64,000 bases of DNA from Gemmatimonadota bacterium (GTDB lineage: Bacteria > Gemmatimonadota > Gemmatimonadetes > Palauibacterales > Palauibacteraceae): contig OY762926.1 of assembly GCA_963666735.1 (NCBI GenBank), forward strand, positions 1,472,001 to 1,536,000. The letters run 5' to 3'. The notes below the pieces were generated by a model. It was not told where the DNA came from, did no database searches, and was given only the letters and a program-made list of their open reading frames with translations. The position numbers and the translations under genes were made by a program. Position 1 is the first letter of the stretch. Each line of letters opens with the position of its first letter. Below, in pieces: positions 1 through 10,252 of this stretch.

Positions 1-1213
1 GCCACCACGGGGCGGCGAGTGCGTGCGGGCCGAGCCACTCGAGCGAGGTCCCGGCGTGGAGCAACAGGCCGGCGCGCGCCATCTCGCCGTGCTCGTCCCG
101 GAATGTCTTCAGGTGCCGTGCGTCGCGGAGGCGAGGTCGTGTCGTGGCCTTGACTTCGATCGGCAGCAGCGAGTCTCCCGTCTCGATCACGAAGTCCACC
201 TCCTCCCCTACCGTGGTGCGCCAGTGCAGGATCTCCGCCCGGCCAAGTCGGGCGTCACGCCAAGCCAACAGGCTCTGCAGCACGAGGTTCTCGAGGTGGG
301 CTCCGCGGGGCTCGCTTTCCCCGGCGAGGCTCAGCGCCAGACCGGTGTCCCCCCAGTAGAGTTTGGGGGACTTCGTGAGTCGTTTGGTGCGATTGACCGA
401 ATAGGCGGGAATCCGCACGAGGAGATACGACGTCTCGAGCAGGTTCAGGTATCGGTTGACCGTCGGCTGCGGGAGTCCGATGTCACGCCCGAGCGCCGTC
501 TGGTTTACGAGGCCGCCGATACGCAGGCAGGCTGCCCGCATCAGGCGCCGGAAGTCCGGGAGGGCGGCGATCGAGGAGAGCGCCTGCAGATCTCGTTCCA
601 GGTACGTCCGGACGTAGCCATCAAACCAGATTTCGCGCTCTCCGGCATCGCGGAGATGGACGGCGGGTACCGGAAAACCCCCACGCCGGGCCAGGGCGCG
701 CCAGTCCTCGGCGTCGGCCGGCTCCGCGCCGAGGAGATCGCGCCAACCGGCGTCACCGGTCTCGATCAGATCCTCCCAGCCGCCGCCCTTCCCTCGCCCC
801 AGCTGCTCCTGGTGCGTCATCGGCCACAGGGTCAGATAGCTGGCCCGCCCCGCAAGCGACTCCGAGACACGGCGCATCATGAGCAGGTTCGCGGAGCCCG
901 TGAGCAGGAACTGGCCAGGTCGGCGATCACTATCGATCGCGCGCTTGACGGCGCTCAGCAGACCCGGCTCACGCTGGACCTCGTCGAGCGTCACGTGCTC
1001 CGCTCCCCTCACCAGGGAGTCGGGATCGCGCCGAGCCAGATCGAGCAGGTCAAGGTCGTCAAGCGACAGATAGCGACGCCCCTCCGGCCCGCACTGGCGC
1101 GCGAGCGTACTCTTCCCGGTCTGGCGCGCCCCGGCCACGACGACGGCGGGCATGACCCGCATCCTGGCCTTGAGAGCTTGCGTCACGAAACGGGGGAGCG
1201 GAAATCTATTCAT
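1..1213 (-). CDS. AAA+ ATPase, AAA_14/DUF4143 family (runs off window edge)
   Basis: Not in ORF track because it is open at the edge. Own translation from ATG 1213: MNRFPLPRFVTQALKARMRVMPAVVVAGARQTGKSTLA (Walker A), LDEVQR (Walker B), GGYP, ending ...LAAPWW at the edge. Confidence 0.9.
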   Translation of the reverse strand, partial: MNRFPLPRFVTQALKARMRVMPAVVVAGARQTGKSTLARQCGPEGRRYLSLDDLDLLDLARRDPDSLVRGAEHVTLDEVQREPGLLSAVKRAIDSDRRPGQFLLTGSANLLMMRRVSESLAGRASYLTLWPMTHQEQLGRGKGGGWEDLIETGDAGWRDLLGAEPADAEDWRALARRGGFPVPAVHLRDAGEREIWFDGYVRTYLERDLQALSSIAALPDFRRLMRAACLRIGGLVNQTALGRDIGLPQPTVNRYLNLLETSYLLVRIPAYSVNRTKRLTKSPKLYWGDTGLALSLAGESEPRGAHLENLVLQSLLAWRDARLGRAEILHWRTTVGEEVDFVIETGDSLLPIEVKATTRPRLRDARHLKTFRDEHGEMARAGLLLHAGTSLEWLGPHALAAPWW

Positions 1214-1246
1214 ATCGTGAATGATAATCATTCATACCGTGAATAG
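1206..1246. promoter_or_regulatory. Double palindromic operator over the AAA gene start
   Basis: CTATTCATATCGTGAATGATAATCATTCATACCGTGAATAG: two ATTCA-N5-TGAAT units 22 bp apart, AT-rich in a GC-rich background. Confidence 0.65.
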
Positions 1247-1329
1247 AAAGATCGACTCCGAACCTTCAGTAGCGCACCGGCCCACCACTTTGGGCTGACG
1301 TCAAGCTTCGTCCAAACCGCTTCCCGGGT

Positions 1330-2583
1330 TCAGAAGGTGCAGTCACCCGAGGTGACCGGCTGGCCGTCGTTCCTCTCCAGGCGGAGATGAACGACATATT
1401 CTACGTCAAAGGCGCCTCTTGTAACCCCCAGAATGCCCGATGCGCCAACCGGTAGCCACGGGCTGACATCCAGCGGTACCGGCGGTGTCGCCGACCCCAG
1501 GTAACGCCCACAGCGGTCGAACACGTCCCACGAATCCTCGCTCGGGGCCGAGGCCCTCCGCCGCACCCACAACCATCCGTTACGCCCCACTCGGAGGTGG
1601 CGGATCAGCGGCTTGTGCGTCGGCAGCTCGGCAGCGGAGAACGCCGTCGTGTTGCGGGCAATGCTGTCGCGCTCGGATGCGGACAGCGGCTCGGGCGCGC
1701 GAGCGAGCTCCACGGTCCGGATCGTGTCCCCGGCCAGCGTCACGCGGTGCAGCCGATAGCTTCCGGTTTGCGCGAGCCAGATATCGCCGGAGGGGTCTAC
1801 GTCCCACACCGTCTCGCTGCGCATCGGCAGGGATCCCATGATGTGTCCCGTTGCGCCGCCACGCGTAACCGTGCGTTCGACGCGGTTCTCCTCGAACCCG
1901 ATGAACAGCTCTCCCGCGGGAGAGACCAGGCTATCGCCTAACACGCGCAGCTTCCGAACCGAGATACGGAGCGTCTCGGTGGAGGGATCCATCCCCAGCG
2001 GGCTACGTAGCGTACTGTATATGCCATCCAACGTGTCGGCACGACCGGTCCACACGAAGATGCCGCCGAGGGCATAGCGGGCTTCGCCAACGTGACCGAG
2101 CGAATCAAGAGACATGAGCGTCGGCGGCGCGCCGATCCAGAGACGGTTGGGCTCCTGCCAAAGTAGATTGAGTGGAAACACGGAGGGAGGGATCTCCCCC
2201 GGGCCCGAACCGCGTCGGGCCATGACCCGCAGGAACTCTCCATCGGGCGTGAAGGCACGCACTTCAGCCGCGATGCGGTCGCCCACATAGACAACGCCGT
2301 TCCGTCCCACCGCGAGAGAGCCCACGTTGCCGAAGACATCGGGGCCAGTACCTTCGATGGTGCCAATGCTCAAGACTTCTACGAGGCGCAGCGTTGTTGC
2401 GCTGCCGGGGTCGGGATGCCTCACCACGACACGCCCCGTCTCCAGCGTCTCGACCGCGACGCCCGCGCCTCCGTCCGTCTGGCCGCACGCCCCGTACACC
2501 GTCAACAGCAGGAGGGTCGCGGCACGCCGCCTTCCGCGGGCTACGGCCGTATCCCGCACTCCGAGTCCCAGTCGTAGTACCAT
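1330..2583 (-). CDS. 6-bladed beta-propeller (NHL-like) putative lipoprotein
   Basis: Hydrophobic stretch then YGAC lipobox-like motif; LSIGTIEG, SLAVGRNGVVYVGD, GSGPGE, WDVFD..GRYLG motifs. True start may be slightly downstream. Confidence 0.7.
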   Translation of the reverse strand: MVLRLGLGVRDTAVARGRRRAATLLLLTVYGACGQTDGGAGVAVETLETGRVVVRHPDPGSATTLRLVEVLSIGTIEGTGPDVFGNVGSLAVGRNGVVYVGDRIAAEVRAFTPDGEFLRVMARRGSGPGEIPPSVFPLNLLWQEPNRLWIGAPPTLMSLDSLGHVGEARYALGGIFVWTGRADTLDGIYSTLRSPLGMDPSTETLRISVRKLRVLGDSLVSPAGELFIGFEENRVERTVTRGGATGHIMGSLPMRSETVWDVDPSGDIWLAQTGSYRLHRVTLAGDTIRTVELARAPEPLSASERDSIARNTTAFSAAELPTHKPLIRHLRVGRNGWLWVRRRASAPSEDSWDVFDRCGRYLGSATPPVPLDVSPWLPVGASGILGVTRGAFDVEYVVHLRLERNDGQPVTSGDCTF

Positions 2584-3359
2584 ATCTCGGTCAACCGGAC
2601 GTCGAACAACTCCTCACCCCGGCCGACTCGCAGCTCCTGGACCGTACCCGGCCGCGACTCGCGCCACATTGTGGGGGGGCCTCTCGCATCCTGCCCGTTG
2701 ACAAGAATGAGGGCGTCCCCCGCGCGCAGGCCGGCGTCGGCGGCGGGGGAGCAGGGGTGGACCTCGAAGATGACCGGATACCGGGCCTCGGAGGCCGGCG
2801 GAATAACCGTAAGGTTGCCATCCTCGTCGCGCCGAGGGGTAAGGGGCCCGCCGAAGGGATCGTAGGAGAAACCTCTGAAGCCCCGTTTGGCCCCCGGCGC
2901 CTCCCGGCGCACCTGGGAGCGGCTCCATGATGCCGCCCTCTCACATGCTGGATCCCAGTCGCCGTGCGAGATCGCCGTCAACGAGACGTCAAACAACTCG
3001 CCGCCGCGGCGAATTCTCAGTTCTCGAATGGCACCGGGATGCAATCTGCCCCAAACACGGGCGGGAGACCCTCTTGCGTCCTGCCCGTCGACGAGAACGA
3101 TAGCATCTCCCGTGCGGAGGCCGGCTTCATCGGCAGGCGTACACGCCCAAACGACACCGATTGTCGGATGGGGGCGCTCGCCCGCACTATCCCGCACCAC
3201 GTTGCCGTTCGCGTCGAGCGACAGAGTTAGCGGGCGGCCGGGGTCGAACCTGACCGCGAAACCCGTCCAGCCTTGCGTCGGCTCCATTAGTTGCTGGCCC
3301 GACACCGACCTGGGCCATGGCGAGGCCAACAGAACGGCCAGCGCCAGCGCGCGGGTCAC
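2541..3359 (-). CDS. Secreted tandem-PDZ protein
   Basis: Signal peptide plus two repeats with PDZ signature (TPADEAGLRTGDAIVLVDG / SPAADAGLRAGDALILVNG). Confidence 0.75.
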   Translation of the reverse strand: MTRALALAVLLASPWPRSVSGQQLMEPTQGWTGFAVRFDPGRPLTLSLDANGNVVRDSAGERPHPTIGVVWACTPADEAGLRTGDAIVLVDGQDARGSPARVWGRLHPGAIRELRIRRGGELFDVSLTAISHGDWDPACERAASWSRSQVRREAPGAKRGFRGFSYDPFGGPLTPRRDEDGNLTVIPPASEARYPVIFEVHPCSPAADAGLRAGDALILVNGQDARGPPTMWRESRPGTVQELRVGRGEELFDVRLTEIWYYDWDSECGIRP

Positions 3360-3494
3360 GAGACGCCTCCCCCCACTTTCCCTCTAATATGATGTCTGAC
3401 GATGAGAGATCGTAACGTCATGGCGCAGTGGGGACAAAACCGCCCGCGCCTTCCAGCAGCCGGCTCACGATCCCAAGTGGATGACATCCGCGTC

Positions 3495-3518
3495 GAGACC
3501 GCCTGCGGAGGCGGGCTC
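3495..3518 (-). terminator. Hairpin downstream of asnB, possible terminator
   Basis: GAGACCGCCT-GCGG-AGGCGGGCTC stem-loop 10 nt after the asnB stop; no clear U-tract. Confidence 0.35.
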
Positions 3519-3527
3519 TTCCGCATG

Positions 3528-5207
3528 TCAGTGGCTGTGGGCGTGGATGCCCTGGACCGCCCGGCCCGAGGGGTCGGCCATGCCCGCGAAGGCGGGGTCC
3601 CAGGCGATGGCCGCCGGCGTGCTACACGCGATGCTCGGGCCCTCGGGGACGCAGCGCGCCGCCGGTTCGCCCGGGAAGTGCTGCGCGAAGATCGAGCGGT
3701 AGAGGTACGCTTCCTTCGTGAGCGGCGTGTTCGTCGGGAACCGCGCGGCCGCCCGCGCCAGCTGTCCGTCACTGACCTCCGCCTCGCCGACCTCCTTCAG
3801 GCTGTCGATCCAGGAGTAGCCCACGCCATCGGAGAACTGCTCCTTCTGGCGCCACAGGATCTCGTCCGGGAGGAGTCCCTCGAACGCCTCGCGCAGGATG
3901 TGCTTCTCCATGCTCCCGTCCGCGGGCCGCTTCGACTCCGGGTCCAGCGACATGGCGACGTCGAGGAACTCGCGGTCGAGGAAGGGGACGCGCGCCTCCA
4001 CGCCCCACGCGGCCATCGACTTGTTCGCGCGCAGGCAGTCGTACTTGTGGAGCTGGTCGAGCTTGCGGACGGTCTCCTCGTGGAAGGCCCGCGCGTCCGG
4101 AGCCTTGTGGAAGTACAGGTACCCCCCGAAGACCTCGTCCGCGCCCTCCCCCGAGAGCACCATCTTGATCCCCATCGCCTTGATGCGGCGCGCCATGAGG
4201 TACATTGGGGTCGACGCCCGCACCGTCGTCACGTCGAACGTCTCGAGGTGGCGGATGACGTCGGAGATCGCGTCGAGTCCCTCCTCCAGCGTGTAGACGA
4301 TCTCGTGGTGCACGGTCCCGATCGCTTCGGCGGCCGCGCGGGCCGCCTCCAGGTCCGGGGCGCCCTCCAGCCCGATCGCGAACGAGTGCAGCCGCGGCCA
4401 CCACGCCTCCTCCGCATCCCCGGTCTCCACGCGCCGGCGCGAGAACTTCATGGCCAGCGCCGAGATGATCGACGAGTCGAGGCCGCCCGAGAGGAGTACG
4501 CCGTACGGCACGTCCGACATGAGCTGCCGGTGGACCGCCTCCTCCAGCGCCTCCCGCACCCGGCCGGGATCCGTCGGTCCACCGGCCACCGCATCATATT
4601 CCCGCCACCCCGACCGGTAGTACGGCGTCGGCCGGCCGTCCCCGCTACGGCTGTCGAGCATGTGTCCCGGCGGGAAGTCGTGGATCTCCGGGCAGGTGTC
4701 GATGAGCGCCTTCATCTCCGAGGCGACGTAGAAGCGCCCCTCGATGTCCCGCCCCGTGTAGAGCGGCATGACGCCGATCGGGTCGCGCGCGGCCAGGTAC
4801 CGGTCGCGCGTCTCGTCGTAGAGGGCGAAGGCGAAGATCCCGCTCAGTTCGTTCAGCCACTCCGCGGGTTCGTCGGGGCGCCCCTCGTATAGGGCGAGGA
4901 TGACCTCGCAGTCGGAACGAGTCCGGAACGGATACCCGCGGGCCACCCCCTCTTCGAGCGCCTTGTGGTTGTAGATCTCCCCGTTGACGGCGAGCACCGT
5001 CGAGCGGTCGGGGCCGAACAGCGGCTGCGCCCCGCTCTCAACATCCACGATGGAGAGCCGCTCGTGCGCCAGGATGGCCCGCTCACCCGCGTAGATGCCA
5101 CTCCAGTCCGGGCCGCGGTGCCGCTGGCGACGCGAAAGGTCGAGCGCCCGGCGGCGTAGGCCCGCCGCGCCGGGTTCGATCTCGAAGATGCCGAGGACGG
5201 AACACAT
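3528..5207 (-). CDS. asnB: Asparagine synthase B (glutamine-hydrolysing)
   Basis: Start trimmed to MCSVLGIF (N-terminal Cys nucleophile); HRGPDWSG, NGEIYNH, LLSGGLDSS, SGEGADE, KEQFSDGVG. Confidence 0.95.
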   Translation of the reverse strand: MCSVLGIFEIEPGAAGLRRRALDLSRRQRHRGPDWSGIYAGERAILAHERLSIVDVESGAQPLFGPDRSTVLAVNGEIYNHKALEEGVARGYPFRTRSDCEVILALYEGRPDEPAEWLNELSGIFAFALYDETRDRYLAARDPIGVMPLYTGRDIEGRFYVASEMKALIDTCPEIHDFPPGHMLDSRSGDGRPTPYYRSGWREYDAVAGGPTDPGRVREALEEAVHRQLMSDVPYGVLLSGGLDSSIISALAMKFSRRRVETGDAEEAWWPRLHSFAIGLEGAPDLEAARAAAEAIGTVHHEIVYTLEEGLDAISDVIRHLETFDVTTVRASTPMYLMARRIKAMGIKMVLSGEGADEVFGGYLYFHKAPDARAFHEETVRKLDQLHKYDCLRANKSMAAWGVEARVPFLDREFLDVAMSLDPESKRPADGSMEKHILREAFEGLLPDEILWRQKEQFSDGVGYSWIDSLKEVGEAEVSDGQLARAAARFPTNTPLTKEAYLYRSIFAQHFPGEPAARCVPEGPSIACSTPAAIAWDPAFAGMADPSGRAVQGIHAHSH

Positions 5208-5245
5208 GATGGGAAGCGCCCGCCCCTCAGACCCGGGGGAACCGG

Positions 5246-7573
5246 TTAGGGGACAAGTCGTTCTGCCCGCGGCTTCACGAGAAACAGTCCCTCGCGCCGG
5301 CTCGAGAGGAGAATCGTTCCGCTCTCGAAGTACGGATAGACGCTCCACGTCCCGTCGAAGCCGGCCGCATCCTCGCTCCAGGGCGTGGTGTCGAAGCTCC
5401 CCGCCTCCATCGGATTCTCGGGGTCGCTGATGTCGAGCACGCGCAGCCCGGCGCGGTTGTTCGACATGTAGAGGCGGTCGCCGCGCACGTAGAGGTTGTG
5501 GTCCGTGACCTTCGTCGGGCTGTAGTACTCGCGCACGAGGAGCGGATCGTCGAGGTCCCGCAGGTCCCACACCAGCGTCCGGGTCTGCTCCACCGAACCG
5601 TTGACCTCGTCCGCCTCATCGTTCGAATAGAAGTACTCGTGATCCTCCGTGAACCAGCCCTGGTGCGCGTACGACACGTTCGGGTATTCGGCACGCGCCA
5701 CCGCGACCGGGTTCGACTTGTCCGTGACGTCGGCGATCGAGAGCGCCGTCTCGTTCGCGTTCACGCAGATCTCGCTGCCCGCGTAGTCTTCGTCCGGCCC
5801 GTGGTAGATCACGCACTGCGTGTCGTGCGAGTTGCCGGTGTTTCGCCGCCCCGTGTTGGGATGGGCGAAGCAGCCCGCGAAGACGGGATTGAGCGGGTCG
5901 TTGATGTCGACGATGTGGGACCCGCCGCCGCACGTCTCTCCTCCGCCCGAGGCTCCCACAAGGTAGGCGAAGCCCGTCTCCTCGTTGATCGCGACGTTGT
6001 GGACGGAGGCGACATCCTCGTACAGCGCCGTCGGCGCGAACTCGCGGGCCGACGTCACGTCGCGCAACTGCGTGAGGTCGAAGATCTGCATCCCGTGCTG
6101 CCCCGCCCCGTCCGCGACGACGAACATGTGGTCCCTGAACACCTTCATGTCGCGCCACGTGTTGGACCGGCTGCCGGATGTCTTGGCGAGATTCCCGAGG
6201 TAGCGCGGGTTGAAGGCGTCCGTGACGTCGACGAAGGCCGTGCCGTCCATGCGGCCGACGAGGGCGTATTCGCGGCCGGTCTGCGGGTCGGTCCAGCCCC
6301 AGACATCGTTGAGTCGCGCGCCGCGGCCCGCTCCGAGTTCTTCGCGGGGGAGGAAGGAGAGGAGATCCACGCGGTCGCAGTCGAATCCCTCTGCGAGTCC
6401 CTCCTCGCAGTCGATCTGGCCGCCCGAGATCGAGGAGAGTCCGACCTGTTCGCTCACCAGCCGCGTCACGGTGCCGGCCTCGGCGTCCCGGACGATGGCG
6501 GACCCGGCCCCGAAGTCGTCAGTGGGCAGACCCGCCACGACCCGGCCGCCTCCCGCGGCCACCACACGGCCCGCCGGGGCGGGTTCGCGGCCCGGCATCT
6601 CCCACCCGTCGGCAACGGTCCAACCGTTTTCCGCGCGTTCGAGCCGGTACACGAGGCCCCGCCCAGATGCGGCACGGGGCGCGCCGACCCACGCGACGGG
6701 GCCCTCCACAGCGAGGGCGGCCCCGAAGGCCGCGGGGGCCTGGTTGCCGGGCCCGATGGCGCCGGCGGGCTCCCAGTCGCCGTCGGCGTTCCTTGCGAAT
6801 CGGTGGACGGCGCCGAGCCCCTCGTCCTCTCCGGCTGCCCCCACCAGCGCTTCGTCGCCCGCGAACGCCACGACCGATCCGAAGGCGCGGCCGGCGGCTC
6901 CCTCGTCGTCGCCCAGTTGGGCTACGCGCCCCCAGCCCGCGGCCGCGTCGTAGCGAAACAGGTACGCCGCGCCGCGACCCTCGCCAGCGAACGGCGCGCC
7001 GATCAGCGCGCGGTCTCCGTCCAGCGCGATCGAGGTCCCGAAACCCGCCGGACCGCGGTCCGGCGCGAGGCGAGTGTCCTCCTCCCAGCCACCGCCGGAC
7101 GCGCGCCGGTAGGCGACGACGATCTCCTGTCCGCTCGAGCCGTCCCGCCCCGCCACGAGGAGATGGTCGTCTCCGGCGGCCAGGGAGCGCCCGAACTCTT
7201 CCAGACCGGGTGAGGGAATCTCTGCCGCGTGGAACCATTCGGACCCGCGCTCGAACACGTGCACGGCCCCCGCCCCCGGCGCGCCCACGAACAACCAGGA
7301 ACCGGCAGCCGCCAACGCAACGCCGAAGCGGTCTCGCACGACCGCCTCCGGCGCGTACAGTGCCTGGACCTCCGTCCAGCTTCCGGCGCGGAACACGCGT
7401 ACGCTCCCCGGCTCCCGTTCGGACACGGGTTCTCCCACCAGCACTTCGTCCTCGCCGACAAGCACCGAGGTACCGAACCCCTGCGCGGCCAGCGCGCCGG
7501 GGGTGGCCATCGCGGCAAGAACAGCAAGGCCGACGAAGGCGGCAAAGTTGGCGGCGACTGATCGAATCTTCAT
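5246..7573 (-). CDS. Choice-of-anchor B family protein with N-terminal FG-GAP repeats
   Basis: Start MKIRSVAANF (ATGA overlap), signal peptide, FGxSxA..LIGAP repeats, then NDVWGWTDP..GREYALVG, HNVAINEETG, GTWSVYPYFESG. Confidence 0.85.
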   Translation of the reverse strand: MKIRSVAANFAAFVGLAVLAAMATPGALAAQGFGTSVLVGEDEVLVGEPVSEREPGSVRVFRAGSWTEVQALYAPEAVVRDRFGVALAAAGSWLFVGAPGAGAVHVFERGSEWFHAAEIPSPGLEEFGRSLAAGDDHLLVAGRDGSSGQEIVVAYRRASGGGWEEDTRLAPDRGPAGFGTSIALDGDRALIGAPFAGEGRGAAYLFRYDAAAGWGRVAQLGDDEGAAGRAFGSVVAFAGDEALVGAAGEDEGLGAVHRFARNADGDWEPAGAIGPGNQAPAAFGAALAVEGPVAWVGAPRAASGRGLVYRLERAENGWTVADGWEMPGREPAPAGRVVAAGGGRVVAGLPTDDFGAGSAIVRDAEAGTVTRLVSEQVGLSSISGGQIDCEEGLAEGFDCDRVDLLSFLPREELGAGRGARLNDVWGWTDPQTGREYALVGRMDGTAFVDVTDAFNPRYLGNLAKTSGSRSNTWRDMKVFRDHMFVVADGAGQHGMQIFDLTQLRDVTSAREFAPTALYEDVASVHNVAINEETGFAYLVGASGGGETCGGGSHIVDINDPLNPVFAGCFAHPNTGRRNTGNSHDTQCVIYHGPDEDYAGSEICVNANETALSIADVTDKSNPVAVARAEYPNVSYAHQGWFTEDHEYFYSNDEADEVNGSVEQTRTLVWDLRDLDDPLLVREYYSPTKVTDHNLYVRGDRLYMSNNRAGLRVLDISDPENPMEAGSFDTTPWSEDAAGFDGTWSVYPYFESGTILLSSRREGLFLVKPRAERLVP

Positions 7574-9024
7574 GACGGTCCTCCGGATTCCAGCGATCCC
7601 GCGTACGCGGTGAACAGGTCGTTGATGTAGTGCACGTCGCGTCCCGCGCGGGCCAGATAGCTCGCGGCCACCGCGGCGCGCGCGCCGCTCAGGCAGTGGA
7701 CCAGCAGTGAACCGTTCGATGGCAACCGGTCCGCATAGTCGGGCAGGCGTGTGTACGAAGCATTCACCGCCCCGGGCAGGTGCGACACCGCGTATTCCGA
7801 TGCGTATCTGACGTCCAGCACCTCTCCCCGGCCGTTCGTGGACAGGCGGCTGGCCGCCTCGAGGTCGATCTCGGGAATCGTGGCCGCTTCCCCGCCCTCG
7901 GCAAAGTACCGGTCGAGCGCTTCGTGCTCCACGAACCCCCGCACGTCGTCGAACCCGATTCGGAGCAAACGCCGGACTGCCCACTCGAGGTCCTCCTCGT
8001 CGATGACGAGCGTCATTCTCGCTCCCTCGTCGAGGACCGAGCCCGCCGCGGTGCAGAACGACCTTGTGAGCGGGACGTAGACCGACCCCGGGAGGTGCCG
8101 GGCCATGAACGCCGACCGGTCCGCGCGCGTGTCGATCACGATTTCCGCGGCGCCGTCGCCGCCCCCTCCGGCACAAGCAAGGGACGCCGCTTCCCGCGGC
8201 GAAACCCTGCGCGTCTGCGGGAGACGCCCCAGAACGGAAGCCCCATCTCTGTTATCACGCTTCATGCGGGCGAAGTACATCGGCGGTTCCGGCTGACCCT
8301 CGAGGATGTGGGAGACAAAGGCGTCTTCCCCCTTCAGCGCCGCCGCGATCGCCGGGCTGAAGCGCCGCTCGTAGCCCACGGTCGTCTCCGGCACCGCACC
8401 CAGCGCCTTGCCGCAGGACGAACCGGCGCCGTGGGCGGGCCACACCTGCATGTAGTCGGGCAAGTCGAGGAAACTCCGTACCGAGCCGTACAGCCGGCGC
8501 GCGGCGGGAGCCATCGCCCCCCTGACCCGCGCCGCGGTCTCGAGCAGGTCGGGCCGGCCGAGGTCGCCCACGAAGACGAAGTCCCCCGAGAGAAGGCCCA
8601 TGGGCTCGTCGGCCCCCGCACCCCGATCGGTGACCAGAAACGACATGTGCTCGGGCGTGTGTCCCGGGGTGTGCAGCGCCTGGAACTCGATCTCGCCGAT
8701 CGCGAAGCGGGCCCCGTCCCGGAGCGGCGCATGATCGTAGCTCCCGCCGTGAGCCCACTCATACCGCCAATCCGGGCCGCCTTCGTCCGACAGGTAGAGC
8801 CGCGTCCCGAAGCATTCGGCGAACTCCCGAGTCCCCGACAGGAAGTCGGCGTGTATATGTGTCTCCGCGACCGCGACGATGCGAAGCTCCTCGCTCGCCG
8901 CCAGATCGACGTAGCGGTCGATGTCGCGCTGGGGATCGAAAACGATCGCGTCCCCGGTACGCTGGCACCCGATCAGGTACGCGTACTGCGCGAGCGTATC
9001 GTCGAAAACCTGTCGAAAGAACAT
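7570..9024 (-). CDS. MBL-fold hydrolase with rhodanese domains (CstB-like persulfide dioxygenase-sulfurtransferase)
   Basis: ETHIHADF, TPGHTPEH, GDLGRPDL, HGAGSSCGK; C-terminal rhodanese HCLSGAR. Confidence 0.85.
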   Translation of the reverse strand: MFFRQVFDDTLAQYAYLIGCQRTGDAIVFDPQRDIDRYVDLAASEELRIVAVAETHIHADFLSGTREFAECFGTRLYLSDEGGPDWRYEWAHGGSYDHAPLRDGARFAIGEIEFQALHTPGHTPEHMSFLVTDRGAGADEPMGLLSGDFVFVGDLGRPDLLETAARVRGAMAPAARRLYGSVRSFLDLPDYMQVWPAHGAGSSCGKALGAVPETTVGYERRFSPAIAAALKGEDAFVSHILEGQPEPPMYFARMKRDNRDGASVLGRLPQTRRVSPREAASLACAGGGGDGAAEIVIDTRADRSAFMARHLPGSVYVPLTRSFCTAAGSVLDEGARMTLVIDEEDLEWAVRRLLRIGFDDVRGFVEHEALDRYFAEGGEAATIPEIDLEAASRLSTNGRGEVLDVRYASEYAVSHLPGAVNASYTRLPDYADRLPSNGSLLVHCLSGARAAVAASYLARAGRDVHYINDLFTAYAGSLESGGPS

Positions 9025-9070
9025 TCCGTCGAAGCCGCCTCTCGAAGTCCCTCCAGCGGGGCGGCCACCG

Positions 9071-10252
9071 CTACGGCGCGGTGAGCAGCCCGGCCAGCAG
9101 CGCCACGCGTTCCGCGGCCCGGTCGATCCACACGAACTCGTGCCGCGCGTGGGCGCCGTCGCCCACCGCCCCCAGCCCGTCGAGCGTCGCCGTGTGCTGA
9201 CTCGTCAAGTTACCGTCCGAGCCGCCGCCCGCCGATCCTTCCCCGAGCTCAAGGCCGATCTCGTCCGCCACCCGGAGCGCCCGCTCCCAGAGCGCGACGT
9301 TGCGGGGCGTGCGTTCCAGAGCTCCGCGGCGGGCGACCTCCGTGACCGCGATATTCGTCCCGGGGACGGTCGATCTCAGTCCGAGCATCCCCTCGCGGAT
9401 CCGTTCGGCCTCCGCGGCCGTCCACACACGGACGTCCACCTCGCAGTTCGCGCTCGCCGCGACGACGTTGGGGCGGGATCCCCCCTCGATGAGTCCCACG
9501 TTCATTGTCGTTCCCGTGGCGGTGTCCGCCAGGCGGTCGATCTGCCGGATCGCATGGGCGAGTTCGAGGATCGCCGAGGCGCCCTCCTCCGGGGCGAGTC
9601 CCGCGTGCGAACTCCGGCCCTCGACCTCGATGTGGTACTGGCCGATCCCCTTGCGCCGCGTCTTGAGCCGGCCGCGGGGACCCAGCGCGGGTTCGAGGAC
9701 GAAAGCCCGGGACGCGCCACGCGCCAACTCATGGACCAGCGGCTCGGATTCGGGGCTCCCGATCTCTTCGTCCGAGTTGATGAAGAAGACGGGGGCGATG
9801 CCCACGTCCAGCCCCAGATCGCGTAGCGTCCGCAGAGCGAACACGCCGATCGCGAGTCCAGTCTTCATGTCGAAGGACCCGGGACCCGTGAGTCGGCCGT
9901 CGGACACGTCGACCGGCATCTTCCGCAAAGTGCCGACGGGCCACACCGTGTCCATATGTCCCACGAGGAGTTGTGCCCCACCGGCTGCCGGCCCGTCCGG
10001 CGCCGCTCCCGGGCTGCGCGCGACCAGGTGCCCGCCGCTCGCCCGGCCCGGGATGTGCTCCACCTCGAGGCCGACGTCGCGAAGTACCTCGGTGAGGATC
10101 GCCCGGATACCGCGTTGGGCCTCGGGATCGGTGGAGGGGGACTCCTCGAGCACGAGCTGGGAGATGAAGTCGACGAACTCGTCGCGCAGTTCGGCCATGC
10201 GGCCGTTCACGGCCTGCGCGGGCGTGCTTCCGTTCGCGACGGGGCCGGTCAT
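9071..10252 (-). CDS. M20 family metallopeptidase (glutamate carboxypeptidase-like)
   Basis: GHMDTVW, GPGSFDMK, SDEEIGS, GGGSDGN, GAH. Confidence 0.9.
   Translation of the reverse strand: MTGPVANGSTPAQAVNGRMAELRDEFVDFISQLVLEESPSTDPEAQRGIRAILTEVLRDVGLEVEHIPGRASGGHLVARSPGAAPDGPAAGGAQLLVGHMDTVWPVGTLRKMPVDVSDGRLTGPGSFDMKTGLAIGVFALRTLRDLGLDVGIAPVFFINSDEEIGSPESEPLVHELARGASRAFVLEPALGPRGRLKTRRKGIGQYHIEVEGRSSHAGLAPEEGASAILELAHAIRQIDRLADTATGTTMNVGLIEGGSRPNVVAASANCEVDVRVWTAAEAERIREGMLGLRSTVPGTNIAVTEVARRGALERTPRNVALWERALRVADEIGLELGEGSAGGGSDGNLTSQHTATLDGLGAVGDGAHARHEFVWIDRAAERVALLAGLLTAP

Noticed and set aside
23..1246. 407-aa plus-strand ORF
   Set aside because: Antisense to the AAA ATPase, which has clear Walker motifs.
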